Notes: generated by a model not told the origin, from the sequence alone. A stretch of 64,000 bases of DNA from Minisyncoccota bacterium (GCA_040905385.1 JBBDRP010000002.1:85337-149336); one strand, 5' to 3'; shown: positions 27,950 through 37,293, counted from the first letter of the stretch. A program made the numbers and translations.

Positions 27950-29032
27950 ATGGCACGTTCACGAAAAGACAGAGTATTTGACGCCCTTAGTCCACAAGAA
28001 GAAGACTCAGCGATATTTAAAACTCGACACGCAGTCAATTGGTCACAGCACTGGAAGGTACAAAAAGCCAGTCGAGGTATCCGGGATCTGCAGGGAGAAC
28101 TGTTCGAAAAGGTAGAGAAGCGAGAGTTGTTGGAGGGGATTTTTGGTAGAGATGGTGGTTTAAAGCAAGTTCGATCTAAGTTTTGGTCATTGCTGATCTC
28201 ATTGCTGGTCTCATCCACTATTGCTAGCTTAGCGGCTGGAAAAATAGTGGAGAAGATATTCGAGATTTGGTACTGGAGGGGTTTTTTAAGCCTTCTCTTC
28301 ATCACTTCGGTTGCTTCTTTCTTGTATACTCTTTACAGAACGTATATTGATCTCTACCCGCGCGCAGCTTGGCTTTATTGGTGGAAGGTACGCAAAGAAG
28401 AGCGCGAGCCGATCAACTCTATTGAGGCGATTGAGCATTTGATCTATTTATTCAATAAAAGTTCGATTACTGAGTTGTCGGGAGCCTTCAGTGATATGTA
28501 CCATTACAACAAGTACAGAGAGGAGGCTGTGAAGTATCGGGACTGGCTAGAGAAAAACACACAGAAAGATTCTATCCACAGCCAAGAAGTTCTTGATATG
28601 TTCAAGGACCGCTTTGATGCCGTAGAAAGCATTTTTCAGAAGCTTGAACGAAAGGAAGAAGAGATACTGACTCAAGCCAAAAAGCTATCGGCAAAGACTT
28701 TCCCCAGTCACAAGAAAGAGATGGTTAGGATAGAGAGGTCTATTTCCGAGCTTGTTTCTGAAGAGTCAGGTAATATCGAGAATCTTCTCGTACAACCACA
28801 GGAGAAAAAGAGTGAAATCGAAGAAGAAATCATCACTTCTGTGAAAACGCTTCATGAGATGTTCAGTACAGCCTTGAGAATCTGTAGAAACATTCACCAT
28901 GAAAAATGGAAGAAGCGAGATGATGACTCTGTTACTCGCATGTCGACTAAGTCTCTAACGAGAATCCAGAAGATGGAGTTAACAGAAGACGACGAAGTCA
29001 AAGAGGAAGAAGACATCTCAAATGAAAAATAA
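27950..29032 (+). CDS. hypothetical membrane protein with a coiled-coil C-terminal region
   Basis: SD AGGAGG 9 nt upstream. Two TM helices at about aa 80-130. AT-rich. Confidence 0.5.
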   Translation: MARSRKDRVFDALSPQEEDSAIFKTRHAVNWSQHWKVQKASRGIRDLQGELFEKVEKRELLEGIFGRDGGLKQVRSKFWSLLISLLVSSTIASLAAGKIVEKIFEIWYWRGFLSLLFITSVASFLYTLYRTYIDLYPRAAWLYWWKVRKEEREPINSIEAIEHLIYLFNKSSITELSGAFSDMYHYNKYREEAVKYRDWLEKNTQKDSIHSQEVLDMFKDRFDAVESIFQKLERKEEEILTQAKKLSAKTFPSHKKEMVRIERSISELVSEESGNIENLLVQPQEKKSEIEEEIITSVKTLHEMFSTALRICRNIHHEKWKKRDDDSVTRMSTKSLTRIQKMELTEDDEVKEEEDISNEK

Positions 29033-29129
29033 TCACAACCCGCTCCTGCCCAGTTAATTCTGGGGAGGGGCTTTTTAAAACACACAGAAAATATTTTTCC
29101 AGAATGTTTTGTGTTAAAATCGTTTTTGT

Positions 29130-29732
29130 ATGGATATTCTCGAAACACTATTTTCCAGTGCCGCCCGGGTACGAATTCTCCGGACGTTTTTATTTCAGCC
29201 GCGCAAGACATTCTCTGCCAGCGACATTGCCGAGCGGACTGACGTAGCCTCAACGACTGCACGGGCTCACGCGCAGGATCTGGCGGCCATTAAGCTACTG
29301 CATGAGGTCGAGGCAAAAGATTACACCAACGGTCAATCAGTGACAGCCTGGAAGCTGAATCGTAACTCAAGTCTGCGACGCCCGCTGCATGAAATCGTGC
29401 TCAAGCATCAGGACATCACCCCGGATGATATTAAGAAGCGTCTCGAGCGACTGGGGGACATCTCGCTTCTAGTTCTTAGCGGAATCTTTTCCGGCACCGA
29501 TGATCGACCCATTGATGTACTGATTGCAGGCAGCGGTATCGATACCGCAAAGCTTGCCCGGTCGCTATCACGAATTGAAAAATCTTTTGGAACCGAGCTA
29601 CGTTATACGCACCTTTCTAAAGAAGAGTTTGATTATCGACGTAATGCCTACGACCGACTGATCCGCGATGTACTCGACTACCCGCACCACGTCCTGATTG
29701 ACGAAAAGAATGTTACTACGCAGCTGGATTAG
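29130..29732 (+). CDS. hypothetical protein, possibly a winged-helix N-terminus plus a nucleotidyltransferase-like C-terminus
   Basis: N-terminal ILRTF..FSASDIAERT is wHTH-like. C-terminal GSGID..IDVLIAG weakly resembles minimal NTase motifs. Confidence 0.4.
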   Translation: MDILETLFSSAARVRILRTFLFQPRKTFSASDIAERTDVASTTARAHAQDLAAIKLLHEVEAKDYTNGQSVTAWKLNRNSSLRRPLHEIVLKHQDITPDDIKKRLERLGDISLLVLSGIFSGTDDRPIDVLIAGSGIDTAKLARSLSRIEKSFGTELRYTHLSKEEFDYRRNAYDRLIRDVLDYPHHVLIDEKNVTTQLD

Positions 29733-29857
29733 CTTGCGAGTTACTAGCCTCTAGCAATTAGCTCTTAGCCACGTCGAACGTGGTAAAACATTTAGCGCAT
29801 TTTTTAAGATAAACAGCACGTGTTACGTAGCATGCTACGTAACAAGTAAAGGTAATT

Positions 29858-30057
29858 GACTACCAAACAAAGCGAGCAATACACAAGCTTGCTTGTATAT
29901 TCGAGCGACGTGCAGGAAGGTTGATTCTTGAATCAACTCTCCAAGCGTAGTGAGTGACATGGACACTTGTATCTATGTCCGAACGGAGCGCCGGGAGACA
30001 AAAAAATAACCTGCTTTCAAGCATGCTTGAAAGTAGGAAAGCTGAGAGCTTTCCAGA
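29858..30057 (+). repeat. Family-2 modular hairpin-repeat locus 2
   Basis: Begins TTGACTACCAA like locus 1. Units with ACAAGCTTGCTTGT and ATGGACACTTGTATCTAT hairpins are flanked by AGCGAG / GTCCGAACGGAGCGCCGG. The stems are covariant with those in locus 1. Confidence 0.7.
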
Positions 30058-30159
30058 GAACCCCTCGTTATCTTTTTGACAAAGACCTTATAAGATGCTT
30101 TAATAAGTTCAGATTTACATTAATTAATACGAACAAACCCGCCCCGGAGGGCGAAGATA

Positions 30160-30543
30160 ATGGAAGAAACCAAAAAAGATCTGAAGATTACCGCTGAAGA
30201 TTTGAGTGAATTGAAAGACGAACAGCACAGATTCTATGCCAGAACTGTCACCAAGCCAGGTAGTGCACTTGATAAGTTTGATGACGCACTTAACCAATTG
30301 ACAGAAAATGAAAAATGGATTCTTTTTTTGCACCATGCTGAGAACCAACCTTTCAAGGTAATTGCAACAGAAATGTCACTTCCGTACCATGATCCACAGC
30401 AGGTTAAAAATATACATGACGAAAGCATGCAGAAACTTATTGAGGAACTTGACTTGTCATCAGAGGATGAAATAAGTCACCTTTTTGTCTTTAAAGATCT
30501 TCAGCAAAAGGCTCTCAAGGTGATAAATACACTTTCTTCGTGA
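30160..30543 (+). CDS. hypothetical protein with a sigma-70 region-4-like HTH
   Basis: LTENEKWILFLHHAENQPFKVIATEMSLPYHDPQQVKNIHDESMQKL resembles a sigma r4 / LuxR-type HTH. 127 aa. Confidence 0.4.
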   Translation: MEETKKDLKITAEDLSELKDEQHRFYARTVTKPGSALDKFDDALNQLTENEKWILFLHHAENQPFKVIATEMSLPYHDPQQVKNIHDESMQKLIEELDLSSEDEISHLFVFKDLQQKALKVINTLSS

Positions 30544-30750
30544 ATAAGAAATATAGATACCGAATTTGCAATAAGCAGTTCGGTATTTTCTTTTAAGCCT
30601 GCAATTTTAATTGCTGGCGTTACCCGCTTACTTGAAGCTTCAAGTAAGCGGGTAAACCTTAAAGTGAGTATCTTTATTTCATAAGCCTCGCGCATTATTA
30701 AAACCACAGCCGTAGGCTGTGGTTGCTATTTAAGTGAGCCTTCTTATGTT

Positions 30751-30848
30751 GTAAGCCTTGCGCAGGGCAATTTGCATGGTTTCTGCGTTGCAGAAAAATT
30801 GCCCGAGCAGATAAAATTCTCCGCTGGAGAATTATTTGTAGTGCAGCA
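30751..30848 (-). repeat. Family-1 structured intergenic repeat, copy D, in reverse orientation
   Basis: Its reverse complement is almost identical to copy A: CTGCACTACAAATAATTCTCCAGCGGAGAATTTTATCTGCTCGGGCAATTTTTCTGCAACGCAGAAACCATGCAAATTGCCCTGCGCAAGGCTTAC. Confidence 0.8.
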
Positions 30849-31081
30849 ACATAAAGAAGGCGAACGACCCCTTGACTCTGAAGGTGATTTTCTTTACTAT
30901 GGCACTCAGCCTCACGGCCGCGTGGGCTTGTTTTGCGCGCGTAGTGAGGCATGTTGATTTCAGTACAGCTTCTCGGTGCATGGTCGCGAGCCAAGATTTG
31001 TTCTCGCGCGTTCGCGTCCGTGAATACCGGGACGGCTTAGAGAGATTACAAACATTACTAGAATTTAGTTTTTATTTTATT

Positions 31082-32275
31082 ATGGCAGACTTTAATCGAG
31101 ACAAACCCCACGTCAACATCGGTACAATTGGCCACGTTGACCACGGTAAGACAACACTTACTGCCGCAATCCTGCACACCCTGTACAACACTGACGGGTA
31201 CGATGCACAGGAGAAGGCGATCGACCAGATCGACAACGCTCCTGAGGAAAAGGATCGTGGTATTACAATTGCGTTGGCACATACTGAGTACATGACACCA
31301 AACCGTCACTACGCTCACGTTGACGCCCCAGGACACGCCGATTACATTAAGAACATGATCACCGGTGCCGCCCAGATGGACGGAGCTATCCTTGTGGTAG
31401 CTGCGACTGATGGTGCGATGCCACAGACTCGTGAGCACATCCTCCTGGCTCGCCAGGTTGGTGTTCCACGCCTCGTTGTATTCCTTAACAAAACCGACAT
31501 GGTTGATGACCCAGAGTTGATTGATCTGGTTGAGGAGGAGATTCGTGAACTACTAACACAGTACGAGTACGATGGAGACAACACTCCAGTACTTCGCGGC
31601 TCAGCCCTGAAGGCACTTGAGTCTGAGGATGCTGAAAGTGAAGAGGCCAAGGCTGTCATCGAGCTTATCGACGCTGTCGATGAGTGGATCGAGGAGCCGG
31701 CTCGTGAGACTGACGTACCATTCCTGATGCCGATCGAGGATATCTTCTCAATCGAAGGTCGTGGAACGGTTGCGACAGGACGTATCGAGCGTGGAGTGAT
31801 GAACGTTGGTGACGAGGCCGAGATTGTTGGTATCAAGGACACACAGAAAACCACAATCACCGGAATCGAGATGTTCAATAAGCAGTTGCAGGAAGGTCAG
31901 GCTGGTGATAACGCCGGAATTCTGCTACGTGGTCTGAAGAAAGACGACATCACCCGTGGACAGGTTATTGCAGCTCCAGGCTCAGTAACACCACACACAA
32001 GTTTTGAAGCTGAGGTGTACGTCCTCTCCAAAGAGGAAGGTGGACGACACACTCCATTCTTCTCTGGCTACAAGCCGCAGTTCTACATCCGCACAACGGA
32101 CGTAACTGGTGAAGTAACGCTAGAAGAAGGAACAGAGATGGTAATGCCGGGTGATACCGCTACCTTCAAGATTCAGCTGATTAACCCAGTTGCGCTTGAG
32201 GACGGAACTCGATTTGCTATCCGAGAGGGTGGTAAGACGGTTGGTGCTGGTGTTGTAACCAAGATCACAGAATAG
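31082..32275 (+). CDS. tuf: elongation factor Tu
   Basis: [35 protein letters not shown] and NKTD motifs. 397 aa. The ORF-track N-terminal extension was rejected. Confidence 0.95.
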   Translation: MADFNRDKPHVNIGTIGHVDHGKTTLTAAILHTLYNTDGYDAQEKAIDQIDNAPEEKDRGITIALAHTEYMTPNRHYAHVDAPGHADYIKNMITGAAQMDGAILVVAATDGAMPQTREHILLARQVGVPRLVVFLNKTDMVDDPELIDLVEEEIRELLTQYEYDGDNTPVLRGSALKALESEDAESEEAKAVIELIDAVDEWIEEPARETDVPFLMPIEDIFSIEGRGTVATGRIERGVMNVGDEAEIVGIKDTQKTTITGIEMFNKQLQEGQAGDNAGILLRGLKKDDITRGQVIAAPGSVTPHTSFEAEVYVLSKEEGGRHTPFFSGYKPQFYIRTTDVTGEVTLEEGTEMVMPGDTATFKIQLINPVALEDGTRFAIREGGKTVGAGVVTKITE

Positions 32276-32276
32276 T

Positions 32277-32609
32277 ATGGCGCAAGCTACCGACACTGAC
32301 ACAGGCCAGAAGCTCCGCATTCGTGTGCGAGCCTACGACCACAAAATCCTTGACTCATCAATTCAGCAAATCCTTGATACCGCTATTCGGTATGAGGCTG
32401 AGGTAGCCGGTCCTGTACCGCTACCAACCGAGACCAAGAAGTATACGGTGAATCGATCGACCTTTGTACACAACGATGCGCGAGAACAGTATGAAATGCG
32501 TGTACACAAGCGTCTTATTGATATTCAGGATCCAGCTGCTGACGTAATGGATGCACTGACGAACCTGAATCTTCCGGCTGGTGTCTCGATTGATGTGCAA
32601 ATGGTTTAA
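32277..32609 (+). CDS. rpsJ: 30S ribosomal protein S10
   Basis: LRIRVRAYDHKILD......G..PLPT....YTV.RS.HVHKD..E.YE.R.HKRLIDI. Confidence 0.9.
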   Translation: MAQATDTDTGQKLRIRVRAYDHKILDSSIQQILDTAIRYEAEVAGPVPLPTETKKYTVNRSTFVHNDAREQYEMRVHKRLIDIQDPAADVMDALTNLNLPAGVSIDVQMV

Positions 32610-32632
32610 CGTTCGCACCCTTCTCTTTACAC

Positions 32633-32712
32633 AGACATAAATAAAATCCTTGTAGATTTTTTATCCGCTCGGTCCGACTTGAGTCGGACCTGTGCGAGGT
32701 CTGAGTAAAAGA
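32633..32712 (+). repeat. Family-1 structured intergenic repeat, short variant copy F
   Basis: ACATAAATAAA + small hairpin + TTTTATCCGCTCGG + TCCGACTTGAGTCGGA hairpin + CCTGTGCGAGGTCTGAGTAAAAG. Confidence 0.65.
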
Positions 32713-32730
32713 GGGTGCTCACTTTAAGGT

Positions 32731-32814
32731 CGTACATCTCTCCCGAGAGATGTACGTGCCTGTCTGCCTGCTGGCAGACAGGGTAGTAGTAGAGGGTAAG
32801 TTGCATTTACCTCT
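32731..32814 (+). promoter_or_regulatory. Cluster of three perfect hairpins between rpsJ and rplC
   Basis: CGTACATCTCTCCCGAGAGATGTACG (11 bp stem), CCTGTCTGCCTGCTGGCAGACAGG (10 bp stem), AGAGGGTAAGTTGCATTTACCTCT. Sits in a 290-bp gap that other bacteria do not have. Confidence 0.5.
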
Positions 32815-32900
32815 TGAGATTGGTACAGTTTGAGCGCGAAAGTGTTGCTAAATGGTTAGGAGATCTCATTACATCTTCTGACAAATTGAAGATATAAATC

Positions 32901-33554
32901 ATGAAATACACACTTGGAAAAAAGAAAAGAATGACCCAGATCTTTGACGAGATGGGCAAGGCACATCCGGCCACCCCGGTAGCGGTTGAGCCCCTGAAGG
33001 TTGTTCGTATCAAAACGAATGATACAGACGGATACGCTGCTTACCAGCTTGGTTACGGGAGTCGTTCTGAAAAGAACACACCAAAGCCACAGCAGATTGA
33101 AGCAGCCAAGCGCGAGGACGGAACGTACTTTCGTTTCTTACGTGAGTTCCGACTCCAGGGTGATGACGACATCACGCTTGAGGTCGGTGATACGCTGGAC
33201 GTTGATGCTTTTGCTGTCGGCGACAAGGTTAATGTGTCCGGTGTTACGAAAGGAAAGGGATTCCAGGGTGTGGTAAAGCGTCATGGATTTGGTGGCGGTC
33301 GCCGCTCTCACGGTGGACAGAAGTCAGCAGAGCGCGGACCAGGATCCATCGGTGCGACCGGCCCAAGCCACGTATTTAAAGGTACCCGCATGGGAGGGCG
33401 CATGGGAGGAGAGAAGTCGACTGTTCAGAATCTTGAGATTGTGCACGTTGATCCGTCAGAAAATCTCATCTACATTCGCGGTGGGCTTCCGGGCCCAACA
33501 GGTGCTACAATCGAGATAAATGGAGAGATGCACACCAGTAAAACAGCCGCTTAA
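32901..33554 (+). CDS. rplC: 50S ribosomal protein L3
   Basis: GKK..MTQIFDE.G...P.T......V...KT...DGY.A.QLG..., FKGTRMGGRMGG. Confidence 0.9.
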   Translation: MKYTLGKKKRMTQIFDEMGKAHPATPVAVEPLKVVRIKTNDTDGYAAYQLGYGSRSEKNTPKPQQIEAAKREDGTYFRFLREFRLQGDDDITLEVGDTLDVDAFAVGDKVNVSGVTKGKGFQGVVKRHGFGGGRRSHGGQKSAERGPGSIGATGPSHVFKGTRMGGRMGGEKSTVQNLEIVHVDPSENLIYIRGGLPGPTGATIEINGEMHTSKTAA

Positions 33555-33556
33555 TC

Positions 33557-34231
33557 ATGAAATCATCTGTATACAACACAGCCGGTGAATCAGCCGACTC
33601 AATCGAACTTCCCGACGTGCTTTTCGGGCAGAAGCCGCGAGTTGATCTGCTGCATCGAGTGGTAACAGTGACGCGAAATAATCTTCGCCAGCCGATTGCC
33701 AGCACTAAAGACCGTCGTGATCGTGCTGGTGGTGGTCGTAAGCCGTGGCGTCAGAAGGGTACGGGTCGGGCTCGCCATGGTTCGGTTCGCAGCCCTATCT
33801 GGCGTGGTGGTGGTGTTACCTTTGGTCCAGATAAAGAGCGAAGCCATAAAGGTAAGGTGAGCAAAACAGAACGACGTCAGGCAGTGGTATCGGCTTTGTC
33901 CGGAAAGCATCGCGACGGTGAAGTACTGTTTGTTGATGAACTCTCTTTCAAGGAGCCGTCTGCTGCTGCCGCTCGCGAGATGATCACCAATCTTTCCGGT
34001 GTAAAGGGATTTGCCCCACTTGAAGACCGTCGCAAGAACGCAGCGCTCATTATCCTGCCCGAGTATGATGAAAATGTAGCGTTGTCCTTCCGTAACTTTG
34101 GAAACATTGCTGTACGAGAGGCAAAGGACATCAGCACACTTGATTTATTGACGTATAAATATACAATCATTGCTGACCCAGAGAAGGTTCTGGACACCCT
34201 CGTCTCTCGCGTTACGGCTAAAACTGCTTAA
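33557..34231 (+). CDS. rplD: 50S ribosomal protein L4
   Basis: RQKGTGRARHGS.RSPIWRGGGV.FGP. Confidence 0.9.
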   Translation: MKSSVYNTAGESADSIELPDVLFGQKPRVDLLHRVVTVTRNNLRQPIASTKDRRDRAGGGRKPWRQKGTGRARHGSVRSPIWRGGGVTFGPDKERSHKGKVSKTERRQAVVSALSGKHRDGEVLFVDELSFKEPSAAAAREMITNLSGVKGFAPLEDRRKNAALIILPEYDENVALSFRNFGNIAVREAKDISTLDLLTYKYTIIADPEKVLDTLVSRVTAKTA

Positions 34232-34233
34232 TT

Positions 34234-34632
34234 ATGGCTTTATTTGGAAAAGACAAAAAAGAAAAGGATACCGAAAAGAAGACGAAAGAGTCTTCAGCCG
34301 ATGACACGTCAACGAACGTCTCAGTAGCCACTGCCAAGCGAGTCGACAACAGCAATCACGATGTTTTGGTTAAGCCGCTCATTACTGAGAAGGCGACGTA
34401 TATGACTGATGACGGTATCTATGCATTTGTTGTACGGTCTTCGGCCAACAAGCCCCAGATTAAGCAGGCGGTAAAGGATGTGTATGGCGTTGATGTGGTG
34501 AAGGTTCGTACCGTCACGCTACCAGCCAAGCAGGTACCGGCCCGATCACGTCGAGCGAAGCCAGGTACCAAAGGCGGTCTCAAGAAAGCTTACGTTCATC
34601 TGAAAGACGGCGACTCAATCGAACTAATGTAA
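34234..34632 (+). CDS. rplW: 50S ribosomal protein L23 with an N-terminal K/E-rich extension of about 40 aa
   Basis: Core DVLVKPLITEKATYM..YAFVV...ANK.QIKQAV...YGVDVVKVRT. Confidence 0.85.
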   Translation: MALFGKDKKEKDTEKKTKESSADDTSTNVSVATAKRVDNSNHDVLVKPLITEKATYMTDDGIYAFVVRSSANKPQIKQAVKDVYGVDVVKVRTVTLPAKQVPARSRRAKPGTKGGLKKAYVHLKDGDSIELM

Positions 34633-34637
34633 ATAAT

Positions 34638-35486
34638 ATGAAAGACCCACGACCAACAACACCATCACAGCGACACACACGACTTTCTGATCACAAGAAG
34701 TCGGTAACTCGCTCCAAGCCATACAAGCGCCTGACCAGCGCGCGTCGAGGTACTGGTGGTCGTGGAAACACCGGGAAGATCACGACTCGTCACAAGGGTG
34801 GCGGGCACAAGCGCCGCATGCGTGGCATTGATTTCTCTCTTCGTGATAAGCAGGGAATTCCGTCAGTTGTTGAGTCCGTTGAGTATGATCCAAACCGATC
34901 CGGCTACATTGTCTTGCTTCTGTTTGCTGACGGTGAGCGGCGCTACATGCTGGCTCCGCAAGAGCTTTCAGTTGGTGAGCCGGTGGCGATTGCCGAGGAT
35001 GCAGAGGTAAAGCCAGGTAACCGATTGGCGCTTAAGAATATTCCTGTTGGTACAAGTGTTTTTAATATTGAACTAAAGCCAGAAGGAGGCGGAAAGATTG
35101 CCCGTTCTGCGGGCAACAGTGCCGAAGTATCAGCCAAAGGCAAGAAGCATGTAACGCTGAAGATGCCGTCTAGCGAGGTACGCAAAGTATCGCGTGAATG
35201 TTTTGCATCTGTAGGTACTGTTTCCAACCCAGAACACCGACAGCGGGTGATTGGTAAAGCTGGTCGTAACCGCTGGCTTGGCAAGCGCCCAACGGTACGT
35301 GGACAGGCGATGAACCCAGTTGATCATCCGTACGGTGGTGGTGAGGCGCATCACACTCGTGGAACCAAGCGAGCAAAAACCTACACTGGTCGTCCGGCTG
35401 GTAAAGGGCAGAAGACACGTAATCGCAAGAAGTACTCGAATAAGCTAATCGTATCGCGGCGTAAGAGTAAGAAGAAAAAGAAGTAG
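34638..35486 (+). CDS. rplB: 50S ribosomal protein L2
   Basis: GRN..G.I..RHKGGGHKR, MNPVDHP.GGGE motifs, and a K-rich C-terminus. Confidence 0.9.
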   Translation: MKDPRPTTPSQRHTRLSDHKKSVTRSKPYKRLTSARRGTGGRGNTGKITTRHKGGGHKRRMRGIDFSLRDKQGIPSVVESVEYDPNRSGYIVLLLFADGERRYMLAPQELSVGEPVAIAEDAEVKPGNRLALKNIPVGTSVFNIELKPEGGGKIARSAGNSAEVSAKGKKHVTLKMPSSEVRKVSRECFASVGTVSNPEHRQRVIGKAGRNRWLGKRPTVRGQAMNPVDHPYGGGEAHHTRGTKRAKTYTGRPAGKGQKTRNRKKYSNKLIVSRRKSKKKKK

Positions 35487-35502
35487 CTCATACCCTGTTT
35501 TG

Positions 35503-35605
35503 TTGCGTTACAAATAAACCACGCCAGCGCGTGGTTTTTATCTGCTCGGATGATTTTCTGCTAGCGCAGAACCATGCAAATCACCCTCCGCAAGACTTAC
35601 AAAAC
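35503..35605 (+). repeat. Family-1 structured intergenic repeat, copy E
   Basis: ACAAATAA + ACCACGCCAGCGCGTGGT hairpin + TTTTATCTGCTCGG + hairpin with CATGCAAAT + CCTCCGCAAGACTTACAAAACAG. Confidence 0.75.
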
Positions 35606-35626
35606 AGAGTATTCGCACCAATAGCG

Positions 35627-35773
35627 ACCAGCTCTTTCTAGAAAGAGCTGGTCTTAAAATAAAGATACCTTCGAAATAAGATAGATTCGCTCGAATATTG
35701 TAAATCGCCGAGCTGGCGATTTTTTAGTACGTATAAAAAAAGAAACTCGTATGCCGCTAAGCATACGAGTTTT
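35627..35773. terminator. Three consecutive hairpins after rplB, including a bidirectional terminator
   Basis: GACCAGCTCTTTCTAGAAAGAGCTGGTC (12 bp stem); ATCGCCGAGCTGGCGAT followed by TTTTTT; AACTCGTATGC CGCTAA GCATACGAGTT flanked by A7 and T-rich runs, serving both rplB and the antisense gene. Confidence 0.55.
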
Positions 35774-35788
35774 GTTGTTAGTTATTAT

Positions 35789-36256
35789 TTATCTGTGTCT
35801 TTCTGATTTGAAGATACGCAGACCCTGACCGTTTTCATCTGTTTTTTCCCAACTAAGATCATCTGGGCCAAAGTTACGAAAGTGTGCTTGCAGTAGTGAG
35901 TTAATGCAGTTACATTGGTATGTCGCCAGACACCAATTGAGGTCAATTAATTTACCTCCGACTACTTTCCAGTCCTCGGACAATACTGGTTCTTTCCAGT
36001 CTTCAATCAGAAGACTGGGATTATTGGGTCTTTGGATCAATATTGCAATTCCAATATTACCATTACTTTGTTCACATTTTATAAGTGACAATACCTCGTT
36101 GCCGCCAAATCTTCCTCTCGGCAATTGGCTTGTTACTTTCAACTTTTCAAAGTCACCAGTTACATAATGAACCTTAAGACCGTGATTAAGGTCCTCTGGT
36201 TGGAATTCAGCAGATCCGCTTCCATTAACAACTGCACTTGCTTTTTTGTCTAGCAT
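35789..36256 (-). CDS. hypothetical protein inserted antisense into the S10/spc ribosomal cluster
   Basis: 155 aa ORF between rplB and rpsS on the opposite strand. AT-rich. No recognisable family. Confidence 0.5.
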   Translation of the reverse strand: MLDKKASAVVNGSGSAEFQPEDLNHGLKVHYVTGDFEKLKVTSQLPRGRFGGNEVLSLIKCEQSNGNIGIAILIQRPNNPSLLIEDWKEPVLSEDWKVVGGKLIDLNWCLATYQCNCINSLLQAHFRNFGPDDLSWEKTDENGQGLRIFKSERHR

Positions 36257-36379
36257 TACTTACTCCTTTTGTTTGGTTTTGGTTTTATAAAAAACACATC
36301 CTCTACACATCTCTTGTGTGAAGATGCTTCCCGATTAAAATAATAGCGTATTAAACATCTTTTGGCAACTATATGTGTT

Positions 36380-36448
36380 GATCCCGTTAGAGAGTAAATA
36401 TACATCCTGTAGTGACAAAAGGCGGTTCCTGTACTCTCTAACGGGATT
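36380..36448. repeat. 17-bp inverted repeat (GATCCCGTTAGAGAGTA ... TACTCTCTAACGGGATT) enclosing 35 nt, overlapping a putative -35 box for rpsS
   Basis: Near-perfect long-stem hairpin. TTGACA at 36447-36452, then a 16 nt spacer and TACCAT. A second hairpin AAGCCTGCC TGAC GGCAGGCTT is at 36503-36526. Confidence 0.5.
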
Positions 36449-36552
36449 GACATTCTGCCCGATTTTGCTACCATGCGGGAGCAGTAAGCCTCATTTTTTC
36501 GGGGTTAAGCCTGCCTGACGGCAGGCTTTTACACTGCCAACCTAACTTACCT

Positions 36553-36894
36553 ATGACACGATCACTGAAAAAAGGACCATATGTTGATATTAATCTTCAG
36601 GAGAAGATTGCTAACACAACTCCGCAGGAAGCTGGAGTGATTAAGACATGGGCACGTAACTCGCAGATCTCACCGGACATGGCGGGATTCACGTTTGGTG
36701 TTCACAATGGTCGTGAGCATATTAAAGTAACTGTCTCTGAGGACATGGTTGGTCACCGTCTTGGGGAGTTTTCTCCAACACGCACGTTTCATCGGCATGG
36801 TGGTCGAATGCAGAAGAAACTCGAGGAGCAGAAGCAGGATGCTGAGCGTTCTCAGGCGCAGGCGGCTAAGGAGCAGGCCAAGAAGGCTTCATAA
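36553..36894 (+). CDS. rpsS: 30S ribosomal protein S19 with a C-terminal extension rich in Q/A/K/E
   Basis: RSLKKGP.VD..L..KI...........IKTW.R.S.I.P.M.G.T..VHNG...I.V.V.E.MVGH.LGEF.PTRTF..H. Confidence 0.9.
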   Translation: MTRSLKKGPYVDINLQEKIANTTPQEAGVIKTWARNSQISPDMAGFTFGVHNGREHIKVTVSEDMVGHRLGEFSPTRTFHRHGGRMQKKLEEQKQDAERSQAQAAKEQAKKAS

Positions 36895-36901
36895 TTTAAT
36901 C

Positions 36902-37237
36902 ATGAAAGCTAAACTGACACAGTATCGCCAGTCTCCACGTAAAGTTCGCCTTGTTGCGGATGAGATTCGTGGAAAGACCATAGACGAGGCGCTGCGCAAG
37001 CTTCGCTTTCTGACTAAGCGTGCAGCTAAGCCGATGGCAAAACTGATTGAGTCAGCAGTAGCGAACGCGGAAGAGAATGACGGTAAGCGTCGTGATGACC
37101 TGATTATCTCTACCGTCACCGTCGATAACGGTCCAACGCTTAAGCGTTTCCGACCCCGAGCCCGTGGACGTGCTACACGAATTAACAAGCGAACCAGTCA
37201 CATCGCTATTACACTTAGCGAGGCTGACAAATCATAA
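36902..37237 (+). CDS. rplV: 50S ribosomal protein L22
   Basis: MKAKLTQYRQSPRKVRLVADEIRGK..DEAL..L.F..K.A... Confidence 0.9.
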   Translation: MKAKLTQYRQSPRKVRLVADEIRGKTIDEALRKLRFLTKRAAKPMAKLIESAVANAEENDGKRRDDLIISTVTVDNGPTLKRFRPRARGRATRINKRTSHIAITLSEADKS

Positions 37238-37293
37238 GGTTTAATATCTAATGTCTAAAATTTTGGGCATTAGAAATTAGAAATTAGAAATTT

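Noticed and set aside
30872-31081. N-terminal 70-aa extension of tuf suggested by the ORF track
   Set aside because: Conserved EF-Tu begins at [12 protein letters not shown] (31082). The upstream part overlaps repeat copy D and has no homology.
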